NCBI GenBank assembly: GCA_964490105.1
Contig: CAZAZU010000001.1
Location: forward strand, 580,174-644,173
Reading direction: 5' to 3'
Origin: an uncultured Gammaproteobacteria bacterium
GTDB lineage: Bacteria; Patescibacteriota; Microgenomatia; Levybacterales; UBA12049
Length of the DNA stretch: 64,000 bases
A program made the translations under genes and the position numbers. Shown here in pieces: positions 29,590 to 38,853 of this stretch (position 1 is the stretch's first letter; each line of letters starts with the position of its first letter). The notes below the pieces were generated by a model that searched no databases, was not told the origin of the DNA, and worked only from the letters and a program-made list of their open reading frames with translations.

Positions 29590-29895
29590 TTATATTTTTT
29601 TATTGCATTTTCTGCAAACTCTTACTTTCTCTTTATTTTCAATCTTATACCCAATTCTTGTTTCCTTATGACAGTTCGGGCAAACTAAAGCAACATTACT
29701 TACTTTAAAAGGTTTTGTAATTTCAATAATTTCTGATGGTTTATTTTGAACTCTTGATTTGTAATGTCTTTTGTAAAGATTCAAACCAGGAACCAAAACC
29801 ATATCAAGTTTTGAAAATACTTTTTCTACCTTACCTCTTTTTCCTTTATCTTTTCCTTTTACAACAATTATTTCGTCTTCTTTTTTAAGTTTCAT
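29590..29895 (-). CDS. rplX: 50S ribosomal protein uL24 with C-terminal Cys4 zinc-ribbon variant
   Basis: 101 aa. KOW motif (IIVVKGKDKGKRGKV) plus CPNCHKETRIGYKIENKEKVRVCRKCNKKI. Confidence 0.85.
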   Translation of the reverse strand: MKLKKEDEIIVVKGKDKGKRGKVEKVFSKLDMVLVPGLNLYKRHYKSRVQNKPSEIIEITKPFKVSNVALVCPNCHKETRIGYKIENKEKVRVCRKCNKKI

Positions 29896-29896
29896 A

Positions 29897-30271
29897 TTAT
29901 AACACCTCTACAGCCATACTAGAAATTTTCATAAATCCTTGGTCTCTAATTTCGCGAGCCACTGGTCCAAAAATACGAGTTCCAACTGGATTCTTATCTT
30001 TTCTATTATCAATAATTACAGCTGCATTATCAGAAAATCTTATATAAGATCCGTCCGGTCTTTTAAATTCTTTTCTGCTTCTAACAAGCACTGCTTCTAC
30101 CATTTCACTCTCCTTAACAGTTCCTGTTGGACTTGCTTCTTTAACAACGCATTTTACAACGTCACCAATAAAACCGAACTTTCTCTTAGAACCATTTCTG
30201 GCCTGAATCACTAGTAATATTTTTGCGCCGCTATTGTCTGCGACCTTTAACATTGTTCTATGCTGTACCAT
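29897..30271 (-). CDS. rplN: 50S ribosomal protein uL14
   Basis: 124 aa: [17 protein letters not shown]...[27 protein letters not shown]. Confidence 0.9.
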   Translation of the reverse strand: MVQHRTMLKVADNSGAKILLVIQARNGSKRKFGFIGDVVKCVVKEASPTGTVKESEMVEAVLVRSRKEFKRPDGSYIRFSDNAAVIIDNRKDKNPVGTRIFGPVAREIRDQGFMKISSMAVEVL

Positions 30272-30627
30272 TATTTAAACTCCTTTTTTACTGTTTTTGT
30301 TTTTCTTGCTGAAACTTTTACAGGTGCTTTCTTAACTTCTGCTTTTACTTCCTCTTTTGGTTCTTCAACTTTCCTTACAGTTTTTTTAACATGTTTTTCA
30401 GGAACAATCTCTAAAATCTTAAAATATTTTCCTTTAGACATTGGTCTTGTTTCTCCGATTTTTACTTTATTTCCAATCATAACTTCAAAATCCCCAGTAT
30501 CTGCTTTAAGCTTTTTACTAAGTCTCATAAGTTTTCTATAAAGAGGATGAGGGGTACGTCTACTTACCTCAACCACTACAGTTTTATTTTTTCCTCCGCT
30601 TACAACTATCCCTTCAAATATTTTCAT
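30271..30627 (-). CDS. rpsQ: 30S ribosomal protein uS17 with Lys-rich C-terminal extension
   Basis: 118 aa: [21 protein letters not shown], plus a tail [35 protein letters not shown]. Confidence 0.9.
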   Translation of the reverse strand: MKIFEGIVVSGGKNKTVVVEVSRRTPHPLYRKLMRLSKKLKADTGDFEVMIGNKVKIGETRPMSKGKYFKILEIVPEKHVKKTVRKVEEPKEEVKAEVKKAPVKVSARKTKTVKKEFK

Positions 30628-30628
30628 A

Positions 30629-30859
30629 TTACTTACTTACCTCCACAACTTTTGCTTGCTCTGCTGTCAGCTGTCTTTCTTTAATTAACGTCAGAACTCT
30701 TGCTATTTCTTTTCTAGTATTAAAAATTATTCTTGTATTTTTCAACTTATTCTGTTTGTTATCTAAATTTAATTTAAACAAATCTTCTCTTTTAGATTTC
30801 AATAGATCTTTTAAATCTTTTTCTGTTTTACTGCTTATGTCTTTTATATCTTTTTTCAT
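30629..30859 (-). CDS. rpmC: 50S ribosomal protein uL29
   Basis: 76 aa coiled coil (DLKDLLKSKREDLFKLNL), positioned between rplP and rpsQ. Confidence 0.85.
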   Translation of the reverse strand: MKKDIKDISSKTEKDLKDLLKSKREDLFKLNLDNKQNKLKNTRIIFNTRKEIARVLTLIKERQLTAEQAKVVEVSK

Positions 30860-30861
30860 AA

Positions 30862-31269
30862 TTATTCCTTATCAATTATTCTAGTTTTTAGTCCTATTTT
30901 GTGAGACGCAAGTCTTAATGCAGCGTGAGCTATTTCACTATTTACTCCTGCCATTTCAAATAAGACTCTCCCTGATTTTACTGGCGCTACGAATTCTGCG
31001 ATATCTCCTTTTCCTCCACCCATTCTAACCTCAGGCGGTTTCTTACTAATTGGCTTATCTGGGAATATCCTTATCCAAACACGTCCTCCGCGCTGTGTGT
31101 AATGAGTAATAGCACGTCTTGCTGCCTCAATTTGGCGAGCTGAAATCCAACCAGTTTGCTCAACTATTAATCCATAATCCCCAAAAGAGATTTTTGTTCC
31201 AGCGTGTGCATAACCGCTTAAATTTCCTCTAAATTGTTTTCTAAATTTTGCTCTTCTTGGTGTTAACAT
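30862..31269 (-). CDS. rplP: 50S ribosomal protein uL16
   Basis: 135 aa: MLTPRRAKFRKQFRG...RMGGGKGDIAEFVAPVKSGRVLFE. Confidence 0.9.
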   Translation of the reverse strand: MLTPRRAKFRKQFRGNLSGYAHAGTKISFGDYGLIVEQTGWISARQIEAARRAITHYTQRGGRVWIRIFPDKPISKKPPEVRMGGGKGDIAEFVAPVKSGRVLFEMAGVNSEIAHAALRLASHKIGLKTRIIDKE

Positions 31270-31913
31270 TAGTCTTCCTTTCTATTTATCCAAACTTTTA
31301 CTCCGATATATCCTTTTTTTGTAAGTGATGGGACACTCGCGAAATGAACGTGCTCTCTAATTGTTGATAAAGGAACTGTTCCCTGCTGAAGCTTTTCTCG
31401 TCTTCCAATTTCAGCTCCATTAATTCTTCCGGATAAAATTACTCTAACTCCAAGTGCGCCCGACGCCATCGCACGATCCACTGCTTGACCCATAACTCTT
31501 TTGTGCGGCATTCTTCTTGCCAATTGATCTGAAATATTTCTTGCAACTAAATAAGCATCAAGATTTGGTTCTTTTACTGGCTCAATTCTTATATCCATTT
31601 TTGGCAAATTTTTCTTTGATTTATTCTTAGAAAGAATTTCTACTAAAAATTTCTTAAGCTCTTCTAGTCCAGCTCCACCCCTACCAATAACCATTCCGGG
31701 CTTTGAAACATATGCTGTAATCTTAATACTATTTATGCTTCTTTCAATTTCAACAGTTGATACTCCAGCACCTTTTAATCTATCTGTTATAGATTTTCTT
31801 AAATTGTAATCCTCTAAAAGAGTAGCAGCATAATTCCTATCATCAAACCATCTACTATCCCAGTTATAAAGCGGACCTAATCTAAACAATTTTGGATTTA
31901 CTTTATGACCCAT
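31269..31913 (-). CDS. rpsC: 30S ribosomal protein uS3
   Basis: 214 aa: MGHKVNPKLFRLG... with a KH domain. Confidence 0.9.
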   Translation of the reverse strand: MGHKVNPKLFRLGPLYNWDSRWFDDRNYAATLLEDYNLRKSITDRLKGAGVSTVEIERSINSIKITAYVSKPGMVIGRGGAGLEELKKFLVEILSKNKSKKNLPKMDIRIEPVKEPNLDAYLVARNISDQLARRMPHKRVMGQAVDRAMASGALGVRVILSGRINGAEIGRREKLQQGTVPLSTIREHVHFASVPSLTKKGYIGVKVWINRKED

Positions 31914-32252
31914 TTACTTTTGTACCTCCTCTAATGTAATTCTAATGTTTGTACTTCTCTTCTTGTATCTATGGATTCTACCTCTCGTAGAGGGTCTAAA
32001 TCTTTTTAAAGAAGCACCTTCACCGATGTCGATACTTTTTATTTTCAAATTATTTTTTTCCATTTTTGAATTATTAACTGCATTTGCCACAGCTGATCTA
32101 AGAGCTTTTTCTAAATCATAAGCTCCTCTTTTTTCAATAACAGTTAGCGCATCTAATGCCTCAGGAACACTTAAATCTCTGATGGCATCAGCTACTAATC
32201 TTACTTTTCTCGTACTTGTTCTAATTTCTTTTAATCTTGCTACTTGCTGCAT
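31914..32252 (-). CDS. rplV: 50S ribosomal protein uL22
   Basis: 112 aa: TRKVRLVADAIRDLSVPEALDAL...GRIHRYKKRSTNIRITL. Confidence 0.9.
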   Translation of the reverse strand: MQQVARLKEIRTSTRKVRLVADAIRDLSVPEALDALTVIEKRGAYDLEKALRSAVANAVNNSKMEKNNLKIKSIDIGEGASLKRFRPSTRGRIHRYKKRSTNIRITLEEVQK

Positions 32253-32266
32253 ATTATTTTTCTTTC

Positions 32267-32551
32267 TTATGTCTTAGAAATTTCTCTAGCTACTATTCTT
32301 CCGTGTGATCTAAATGTTCTAGTTGGCGCAAATTCTCCTAATCTATGACCCACCATTCCCTCAACTACATATACATTAATAAAATTTCTCCCGTTATGTA
32401 CTGAAAAATTATGTCCTATAAATTCTGGCGGAATCTGACATGCTCTTGCCCATGTTTTTATTGCAGTTTTATCTCCTGTCTGCTTTTGCATATTAACTTT
32501 TTTTACTAATTTTGGATCCACGAATGGACCTTTTTTACTTGATCTTGACAT
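32267..32551 (-). CDS. rpsS: 30S ribosomal protein uS19
   Basis: 94 aa: [14 protein letters not shown]...[35 protein letters not shown]. Confidence 0.9.
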   Translation of the reverse strand: MSRSSKKGPFVDPKLVKKVNMQKQTGDKTAIKTWARACQIPPEFIGHNFSVHNGRNFINVYVVEGMVGHRLGEFAPTRTFRSHGRIVAREISKT

Positions 32552-32552
32552 A

Positions 32553-33296
32553 TTATTTCTTTCCCTTTCCTCTTCCTTTTAGAATAGAAGAGTTTGAATA
32601 TTTCTTCGGATTTCTTGTTTTTCCGACTGCTTTTCTTCCTGCATATGTTTTTGGACTCTTAAGTCCGATTCCAGATCTTCCTTCTCCTCCTCCATGAGGA
32701 TGTGATCTAGGATTCATCGCAATTCCTCTTACGGTTGGTCTTATTCCCATGTGTCTTTTTCTACCAGCTTTTCCAAAAACTTCATTTTTCCATTCAAGAT
32801 TAGAAATTACTCCAACTGTCGCCATGCACTCACCTCTGACCCTTCTAACTTCACCTGAAGGAAGTTTTAAATGAACAAACTGACCTTCTCTTGCTTGAAT
32901 AATTGCACCTGTTCCTGCGCCTCTTGCAATCTGTCCGCCTTTCCCTGGAGTAAGCTCTACATTGTGAACTACTGTTCCAACTGGAAGATTTTTAAGAGGA
33001 AGGCTATTTCCTACTTTTACATCTACGTTGTCTCCAGATTTAATCTTTGCGTTAACTTTTAAATCGTTGGGCGCAATTATATATCTTTTTTCTCCATCTG
33101 CATAGTGAACAAGTGCAACGTCAGCGGTTCTATTTGGATCATATTCGATTGAAACCACACGACCTACTACTAAATTCTTATCTCTCTTGAAGTCAATTTT
33201 TCTAAGAAATCTCTTATGTTCGCCACCCTGATGCCTTACTACTACTTTTCCGCGACTTCTGCCTGAATGTTTTTTTCTTATTGTTTTTAATTTCAT
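32553..33296 (-). CDS. rplB: 50S ribosomal protein uL2, N-terminally short form
   Basis: 247 aa: [30 protein letters not shown]...[18 protein letters not shown]. Confidence 0.9.
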   Translation of the reverse strand: MKLKTIRKKHSGRSRGKVVVRHQGGEHKRFLRKIDFKRDKNLVVGRVVSIEYDPNRTADVALVHYADGEKRYIIAPNDLKVNAKIKSGDNVDVKVGNSLPLKNLPVGTVVHNVELTPGKGGQIARGAGTGAIIQAREGQFVHLKLPSGEVRRVRGECMATVGVISNLEWKNEVFGKAGRKRHMGIRPTVRGIAMNPRSHPHGGGEGRSGIGLKSPKTYAGRKAVGKTRNPKKYSNSSILKGRGKGKK

Positions 33297-33595
33297 TTCT
33301 TATCTTCTCCTCCGCCTAGTTCAAATAATCCGATTTTCTGTCCTTTTTTAACAGTTACGATTGCTTTTTTATAATCAGAAACTTTTACTTCGGCTCTCCT
33401 TGCTCCAACTCTTTGCTTTTTACCCTTTAATATATTTGTCGAGATGTGAGTAACATTTACCGAAAAATTCTTCTCGATAACATTTTTAATTTCAGTTTTA
33501 TTTGCTCCCTTAAATACTTTAAAAGTAAATTTTCCCTGTCCTGCATCTAGCATAGATTTCTCAGTAATTAATGGTGAAATAATAATATTATTCAT
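33293..33595 (-). CDS. rplW: 50S ribosomal protein uL23
   Basis: 100 aa: [23 protein letters not shown]. Confidence 0.9.
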   Translation of the reverse strand: MNNIIISPLITEKSMLDAGQGKFTFKVFKGANKTEIKNVIEKNFSVNVTHISTNILKGKKQRVGARRAEVKVSDYKKAIVTVKKGQKIGLFELGGGEDKK

Positions 33596-34386
33596 TACTT
33601 AACACTCCTCTTTACACCGTTTGACGGTGCTAATACTTCTACAGATTCTTTCATAAATAATAAATTTTTATGTTTTAAAACTTCATAAGTATTTAAAAGC
33701 TTTGCATTTATAATCTCCACATTTTTAATATTTCGACTAGCATTATAAACATTTGGAAGTTCTTTTGGAGCACCGGAAATAACTAACAAAACTCTTCCCT
33801 TTCCTTTTTTATCTTCTGTAACTTTCGAAATTAATTGATACATATTTTTTGTTTTTGCTTCAATCTTATTAACTCCAGAAAGCACTTTTATGTCTCCGTC
33901 CGCTGCTCTTTGTGATAATGCTGAAAGAAGTGCAGCTTTTTTCATTTTTTGTGGCATAGCCAACGAATAATCCCTAAGCTTTGGTCCATGAGCTACTCCT
34001 CCTTTAACAAAAATTGGAGCTCTCTTTCCTCCGTGTCTAGCTCCACCTGTTCCTTTTTGTCTATAAATCTTTTTAGTTGATCCTGTGACTTCTCCTCTTG
34101 TCTGAGTTACTGCAGTTCCAAGTCTTTGATTTGCGAGATAAACTCTAACAGCTTGTGCCATAAGAACATTGTTAACTTTCACACCAAACACATCTTTTGG
34201 AAGAGAGAAAGTTCCAGCTTTTGCGCCTTTTACATCAAACATAGGAGCATTCAAGCCTGATACTTTTACAGTCTTTACTGCTGATTCTACTTTTTCTGTT
34301 TTTGCCGCTTTTTCAGCTGCCACTTTTTTTACTACTGCTTTTTTAGGAGCTGCTTTTGTTGTTTTTGAAACTTTACTTGTTGCCAT
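33595..34386 (-). CDS. rplD: 50S ribosomal protein uL4 with Lys/Ala-rich N-terminal extension
   Basis: 263 aa. The uL4 core (KKIYRQKGTGGARHGGKRAPIFVKGGVAHGPK) follows a roughly 40-aa low-complexity N-terminus. Confidence 0.9.
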   Translation of the reverse strand: MATSKVSKTTKAAPKKAVVKKVAAEKAAKTEKVESAVKTVKVSGLNAPMFDVKGAKAGTFSLPKDVFGVKVNNVLMAQAVRVYLANQRLGTAVTQTRGEVTGSTKKIYRQKGTGGARHGGKRAPIFVKGGVAHGPKLRDYSLAMPQKMKKAALLSALSQRAADGDIKVLSGVNKIEAKTKNMYQLISKVTEDKKGKGRVLLVISGAPKELPNVYNASRNIKNVEIINAKLLNTYEVLKHKNLLFMKESVEVLAPSNGVKRSVK

Positions 34387-35263
34387 CTTCTTCTCCTTCT
34401 TTTACTTCTCCTGCTGGTGTCTCCGAAACCTCTTCTTTTACCTCTTCAACCTGAGTATCTTCTGTTTTAGCTTCTTCTGTATTTTCTGAAGCCTCAACTT
34501 TTTCTTCCTCTTTTGGCTCTTCAACTACTTCTTCTGCTTTTTCCTCAACTGGAGCCTCAGCTTTTTGTGCTTCTGCTAATGATGCTTCTTCAGCTGCAAC
34601 TATTTCTGGATCCTTAAAAAGAGGAACGAATTTTTTGTCTTCCCCCGTTTTTTCAATCTTAATTAATGCATTTATTACTCCCGGAACTAATCCTTTAATT
34701 ACTAAAACTCCGTCATTTGTTACATCAACTACTTTTAGCCCCCTAACTGTTACCGTGTCATTTCCCATGTTTCCAGCCATTCTTTTTCCTTTATAAACTC
34801 TTCCTGGAGTTGTACCCTGTCCGATAGAACCTGGAGCTCTATGTCTATCAGATTGTCCGTGAGTTTTAGGACCTCCGCGGAAACCATATCTCTTTACTCC
34901 TCCTTGAAATCCCTTACCCTTTGATGTTCCAGTAACGTCAACTATATCTCCTGGCTGAAATACTTCTTGGGGATTTAATGCGATTCCAACTTCTGGAAGA
35001 GAGGAGTCATCCTTAATTCTGACCTCTTTTAAAAATTTAGGGGCTTGTTCTCTTTTAGCCCCTTTTGCGTGACCCAATAATGCTTTGTTTGCGTTTTTCT
35101 TAATCCCATATCCAAGTTGCACAGCTTGGTAGTGATCGCGTTCGTTAGTCTTTACTGACATGACCCAGTTATCTTTAACATCAATAAGAGTAACCGGAAT
35201 TCTCATTCCGTTTTCTAAAAATCTTTGACTCTGTACTTTTTTTATACCTATTAGAGACTGCAT
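34373..35263 (-). CDS. rplC: 50S ribosomal protein uL3 with acidic Glu/Lys-rich C-terminal extension
   Basis: 296 aa: MQSLIGIKKVQSQRF... the uL3 core, then about 70 aa of EEKAEEVVEEPKEEEKVE... tail. Confidence 0.9.
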   Translation of the reverse strand: MQSLIGIKKVQSQRFLENGMRIPVTLIDVKDNWVMSVKTNERDHYQAVQLGYGIKKNANKALLGHAKGAKREQAPKFLKEVRIKDDSSLPEVGIALNPQEVFQPGDIVDVTGTSKGKGFQGGVKRYGFRGGPKTHGQSDRHRAPGSIGQGTTPGRVYKGKRMAGNMGNDTVTVRGLKVVDVTNDGVLVIKGLVPGVINALIKIEKTGEDKKFVPLFKDPEIVAAEEASLAEAQKAEAPVEEKAEEVVEEPKEEEKVEASENTEEAKTEDTQVEEVKEEVSETPAGEVKEGEEDGNK

Positions 35264-35288
35264 ATATATTCAAAGGTTTTTTACAAAC

Positions 35289-35312
35289 AAAAAAGCGACC
35301 ACATAGTGTCGC
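35289..35312 (-). terminator. Intrinsic-terminator-like hairpin plus U6 inside the rplC leader; candidate attenuator
   Basis: Minus strand: GCGACactatgtgGTCGC followed by TTTTTT, 25 nt upstream of the rplC ATG and downstream of the predicted promoter. Confidence 0.45.
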
Positions 35313-35394
35313 TCTATTCAGGTAAGAATAAAAACTCAAACAGTAACTATGTAGCTATCACCTCCTGTGTTTGTAAAGCCATTTTGTACCTGTA

Positions 35395-35423
35395 ATTATA
35401 TCTAAGCTCGTGCGTAAATGCAA
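35395..35423 (-). promoter_or_regulatory. Sigma70-like promoter for the rplC-led r-protein operon: TTGCAT-17 nt-TATAAT
   Basis: On the minus strand: ttgcat ttacgcacgagcttaga tataat, with an exact 17-nt spacer. It lies about 130 nt upstream of the rplC ATG. Confidence 0.5.
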
Positions 35424-35480
35424 TAGGAAATGGGGAAGGACGATATGCTTATGAATTGATTTACCAATCAACACTATAGG

Positions 35481-35509
35481 TTGACTATTTTTATAAAAAT
35501 CTGTATAAT
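35481..35509 (+). promoter_or_regulatory. Consensus sigma70-like promoter TTGACT-17 nt-TATAAT driving the 35519 gene as a leaderless mRNA
   Basis: ttgact atttttataaaaatctg tataat. The ATG at 35519 begins 9 nt after the -10, so there is no SD and an essentially leaderless transcript. Confidence 0.55.
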
Positions 35510-35518
35510 TCGCGGATC

Positions 35519-35818
35519 ATGTCGGACATTCCATCAAGAAGAGTTACCTTAACTACAGAAGAAGCAAGAGAAGCTACCTCATTACTGCGCGCTGCAGGAT
35601 TAGGTGGGGAACTTGCTAAGCTATCAGGCAAACTTCCAATCGTAAGAACTCAAATTCTACATAGGGCGGCAGCCGGATTATCGCAAACCCATACATTTGA
35701 CGGAACTCCAAGTGGATTCAGAGCTCTAATCGGGGCGCCAATTCAAGATGCTGATTTAGGATCTTGGAGACAGACTATCATAGAACAGACTCGAAGACCT
35801 GGAAAAGAATCATTTTAA
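35519..35818 (+). CDS. Hypothetical small protein of atypical (Ala/Gly/Arg-rich) composition; no recognisable domain
   Basis: 99-aa ORF with a canonical ATG and a strong upstream promoter. Its codon and amino-acid composition differ from the Lys/Ile/Asn-rich host proteome. Confidence 0.4.
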   Translation: MSDIPSRRVTLTTEEAREATSLLRAAGLGGELAKLSGKLPIVRTQILHRAAAGLSQTHTFDGTPSGFRALIGAPIQDADLGSWRQTIIEQTRRPGKESF

Positions 35819-35828
35819 GCCTCTTATT

Positions 35829-37433
35829 TTAATATCCTCCCTGCTCAAATCTAGCTTTTAATTCCGGTCTAAAACCAAATTCCTCGTTTATTGCATTTCT
35901 GTATACCTTTAAAACAGGCAACTTCTCACCTTCACATTTCTTTAAAGTATATATTCCAGTATAGTAAGTGTCTGAGGCGGGAAAAGTTATTTCCTGTTTA
36001 AAAAATCTTTCCATTCCCAATAATTCATTTGATCTAGTCACAAAATATGCCGGAAATTCTGATGACATACAATCAAATTTTTCAAGTCCATTAAAAAGCT
36101 TAGAATCAATCCTTAAGGTTAATAAATTATCTGTTTTAAGTGAATAAACATTAATTGCGTCTTCAGGATTTCCCGCATTTAATCCAAAAAATATAAAGGC
36201 TGGTTTTCCATTTGCATCTTTTTCAATAAAATTCATTGCATCATTTATTCCAACCCCTGAAGTTTGTCCCTGTAAATATTCTGCCTCAGAAAATCTAGTG
36301 AATTTTGATAGATTCGTTAGATACGACATAGGACTAAAAATTAGAAATGATGAAGCGACAAAAGGAATTGAGATCGACAAAATTACAATTATTTTTTTAT
36401 ATAATTTTCCTCTCCATAAGCTTCCCAAAAAGTAAGATGAAGAAATAATTATAAAGACTAGAAAAGGAACAATATATCTAGTGCTTTGTGACTTGGTCAG
36501 TAATATTTCAAGAATTAATATCGAAAGAAAGAAAGCAATAAATATTTTAAAATTCTTTATTTTACTCTTTATCATTAAAAAAATTCCCAAAAAACCTGTT
36601 ACAAAAATGAAAGGAGTTAAAAGAAAAAATCCTATTTCAAAAAAACCAAGGAAATTATTTATCCATGCGCTAACAGGAAAACTTAATAATTCCGAAAACG
36701 TAAAAGAATATCTACTATTTGAGGCTAAAGTATTCCAAAAAACCGGATTAATTAAAATTAAAAAATCCACAGAAATTAAAGAAGCTAAAGAAATTAAAGA
36801 AGGCTTCAATAAATCATTTTTCCTTTTCCAATATATGTAAAAAGAAATTATAATTCCAGAAATTAAAATAAATAAAAAAGAATTAGATTTTATAAATACT
36901 CCAAGACCTAAAATAATTCCTAGAATCGCTCCGTTCTTGTTTGTTGGCTTTTCAATTAAATTTAAAAGCGAATAGAACACCCAAATCCCAATACAGATAA
37001 TTCCGCTTTCAAGAAGAGCTTGTCTATTATAAAAAACAAAAATTGGGGAAATTGAAAAAATAATTGAGGCTAAGTAAGCCGAATTTTTATTAAAAATTTT
37101 CTTTGTAACTAAATATATTCCAATAAGTGAAATTCCTCCGGCAATTACCGACACAAGTCTTCCAGCAAAAAGCGGATCAAAAAAATTACTGAAAATTCCA
37201 AAAAACCAAAGCATTAACGGCTGTTTGCCATCAAACATCGAATCGTATTCGTGTCCTGCCCAATGAGTCTGAATCCATCCCCAACTAAGATAAATTGATT
37301 CGTCGTTAAAAATTGGCAAGCGTGTAAGATTTATGAGATTGAAGACAAAGTAGAAAACGAGGATTAGAAGAATAAACTTGTTAATTAATATCCACTTTTT
37401 AAGCCGATTATATAATTTAAAGCCTTGAGGCAT
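35829..37433 (-). CDS. GT-C fold glycosyltransferase (PMT/ArnT-like, GT39/GT83 type) integral membrane protein
   Basis: 534 aa with at least 11 TM. First-loop DE motif (LPIFNDESIYLSWGW) as in dolichyl-phosphate-mannose protein mannosyltransferases/ArnT. Large C-terminal extracytoplasmic domain. Confidence 0.6.
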   Translation of the reverse strand: MPQGFKLYNRLKKWILINKFILLILVFYFVFNLINLTRLPIFNDESIYLSWGWIQTHWAGHEYDSMFDGKQPLMLWFFGIFSNFFDPLFAGRLVSVIAGGISLIGIYLVTKKIFNKNSAYLASIIFSISPIFVFYNRQALLESGIICIGIWVFYSLLNLIEKPTNKNGAILGIILGLGVFIKSNSFLFILISGIIISFYIYWKRKNDLLKPSLISLASLISVDFLILINPVFWNTLASNSRYSFTFSELLSFPVSAWINNFLGFFEIGFFLLTPFIFVTGFLGIFLMIKSKIKNFKIFIAFFLSILILEILLTKSQSTRYIVPFLVFIIISSSYFLGSLWRGKLYKKIIVILSISIPFVASSFLIFSPMSYLTNLSKFTRFSEAEYLQGQTSGVGINDAMNFIEKDANGKPAFIFFGLNAGNPEDAINVYSLKTDNLLTLRIDSKLFNGLEKFDCMSSEFPAYFVTRSNELLGMERFFKQEITFPASDTYYTGIYTLKKCEGEKLPVLKVYRNAINEEFGFRPELKARFEQGGY

Positions 37434-37535
37434 AAATTAATGCTAACATCCTGTTTTTTAATTAGCAATAAAATAAATGCATGATATATCAATATATGAA
37501 CAATTTTTGCGTCAAGAAAGTGAGCTTTTTTGGTG

Positions 37536-37871
37536 TTAAAAAATAAATAAGGAAGGGAGGAAGACAGCTGCGAAAATAACAATTAAAACTATGACTACTA
37601 CCAGATACATTCTCCTTGTTCTCTTAGTAAGACTTTGCATCACTACCGCATCCTGAGCATACTGAAAAATTCTATTACATTTCATGCAGCGGTAAGCGAC
37701 AACTCTTCTTAAATCCTCAAAATTTGATTCTGTTACTGCTAATTTAAAATTCCGTGAGTCATCCGGAATATTGTTACTCTTGGCATAACGCTGGATAATA
37801 ACAGCTCCATATGTTGTATCAAGCATAACTCCATTCTCAAAATCTCCACCGCAATCGGGACAATTCTTCAT
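37536..37871 (-). CDS. Zinc-ribbon protein (CxxC...CxxC) with C-terminal TM anchor; hypothetical
   Basis: 111 aa: MKNCPDCGG...YRCMKCNRIF, then a TM (YLVVVIVLIVIFAAVFLPSLFIF). Confidence 0.45.
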   Translation of the reverse strand: MKNCPDCGGDFENGVMLDTTYGAVIIQRYAKSNNIPDDSRNFKLAVTESNFEDLRRVVAYRCMKCNRIFQYAQDAVVMQSLTKRTRRMYLVVVIVLIVIFAAVFLPSLFIF

Positions 37872-37957
37872 AGCTAAATTATTTCAAGGGGGAATAATAA
37901 AGTCAATGGGTGCACCAAATCAAACAATTATGGAATTAAAACAAAATAAATTGTAGT

Positions 37958-38485
37958 TTATGCGGAGGCTGCTGCTCTTCGCGGGAATTTAGACAAAATC
38001 GGTGAGTTTGTGTGCCTAACCATATATTCATAAAAATCAGTTCCTCGTGTGGGAATATAATTTGGTCCAGGCACAAATTCAACTTCAATACCTCTTCTTC
38101 TATTCAATTGACCTGGATTAAATAATGAAGCTAGAAATCCTATCATTTGTTCAGGTGTTTGTGCGCTGAATCTCCAACTATCTCCCTCTGGAGTAAATCC
38201 GCGAAATGTATATTTTCGTTCTTGAATACGATCAAATGAGAGTAGGGGTTCATGATGTAAATGACCACCGCGAACTACATGAACGGCACTTAACTCATTT
38301 TCATCCCCAAATTCATGACCCGAATAATGCTTAACCGTTAAATGCGCCTTACTATCTGGAATTTTTATTACAGCTGATTTCCTTCCATAGCCTTCATAAC
38401 TTCTTATCGATCTATCTGGAGAAATATTCACTAATTTACCAAGACCTAGGGAAAAATTTCTTAAAGTTCTATATTCTGCACTCAT
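37958..38485 (-). CDS. Hypothetical protein, moderately GC-enriched; His-rich motif GGHLHHEP
   Basis: 175-aa ORF with no confidently recognisable domain. Confidence 0.4.
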   Translation of the reverse strand: MSAEYRTLRNFSLGLGKLVNISPDRSIRSYEGYGRKSAVIKIPDSKAHLTVKHYSGHEFGDENELSAVHVVRGGHLHHEPLLSFDRIQERKYTFRGFTPEGDSWRFSAQTPEQMIGFLASLFNPGQLNRRRGIEVEFVPGPNYIPTRGTDFYEYMVRHTNSPILSKFPRRAAASA

Positions 38486-38517
38486 AGTGATGTTTTGAAA
38501 GAGGAAAGCTAATAAGC

Positions 38518-38826
38518 CTACATTCTAATTTCTATATTTACTCCCGCTGGAAGTTCGAGGTGACCCAGAGAATCCATAGTTTTTTCTGTAGGGCTGACAA
38601 TATCTATTAATCTTTTATGAACTTTAATTTCGAAATGATCTCTGGCGTCTTTATCGATGAAAGGGGATTTGTTTACAGCGTAAACTGATCTTTTAGTAGG
38701 TAAGGGAATTGGGCCCACAACTTTAGCACCGGTCCTGATGGCCGTATCTAAAATTTGCTGACAACTAGCGTCGATGACTCTAGCGTCGTAGCTCTTTAAG
38801 CGAACTCGAATTCTACCTTTTGGCAT
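38518..38826 (-). CDS. rpsJ: 30S ribosomal protein uS10
   Basis: 102 aa: RIRVRLKSYDARVIDASCQQILDTA...IKVHKRLIDI. Separated from rplC by about 3.2 kb of inserted genes. Confidence 0.9.
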   Translation of the reverse strand: MPKGRIRVRLKSYDARVIDASCQQILDTAIRTGAKVVGPIPLPTKRSVYAVNKSPFIDKDARDHFEIKVHKRLIDIVSPTEKTMDSLGHLELPAGVNIEIRM

Positions 38827-38853
38827 ATACTAAAAAATCAAAGGGCGAAGCTA

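Noticed and set aside
35829-37433. Calling the GT-C protein specifically ArnT (lipid A aminoarabinose transferase)
   Set aside because: Only the generic first-loop DE motif and topology are visible; substrate specificity cannot be inferred from this. Kept as a generic PMT/ArnT-like glycosyltransferase.
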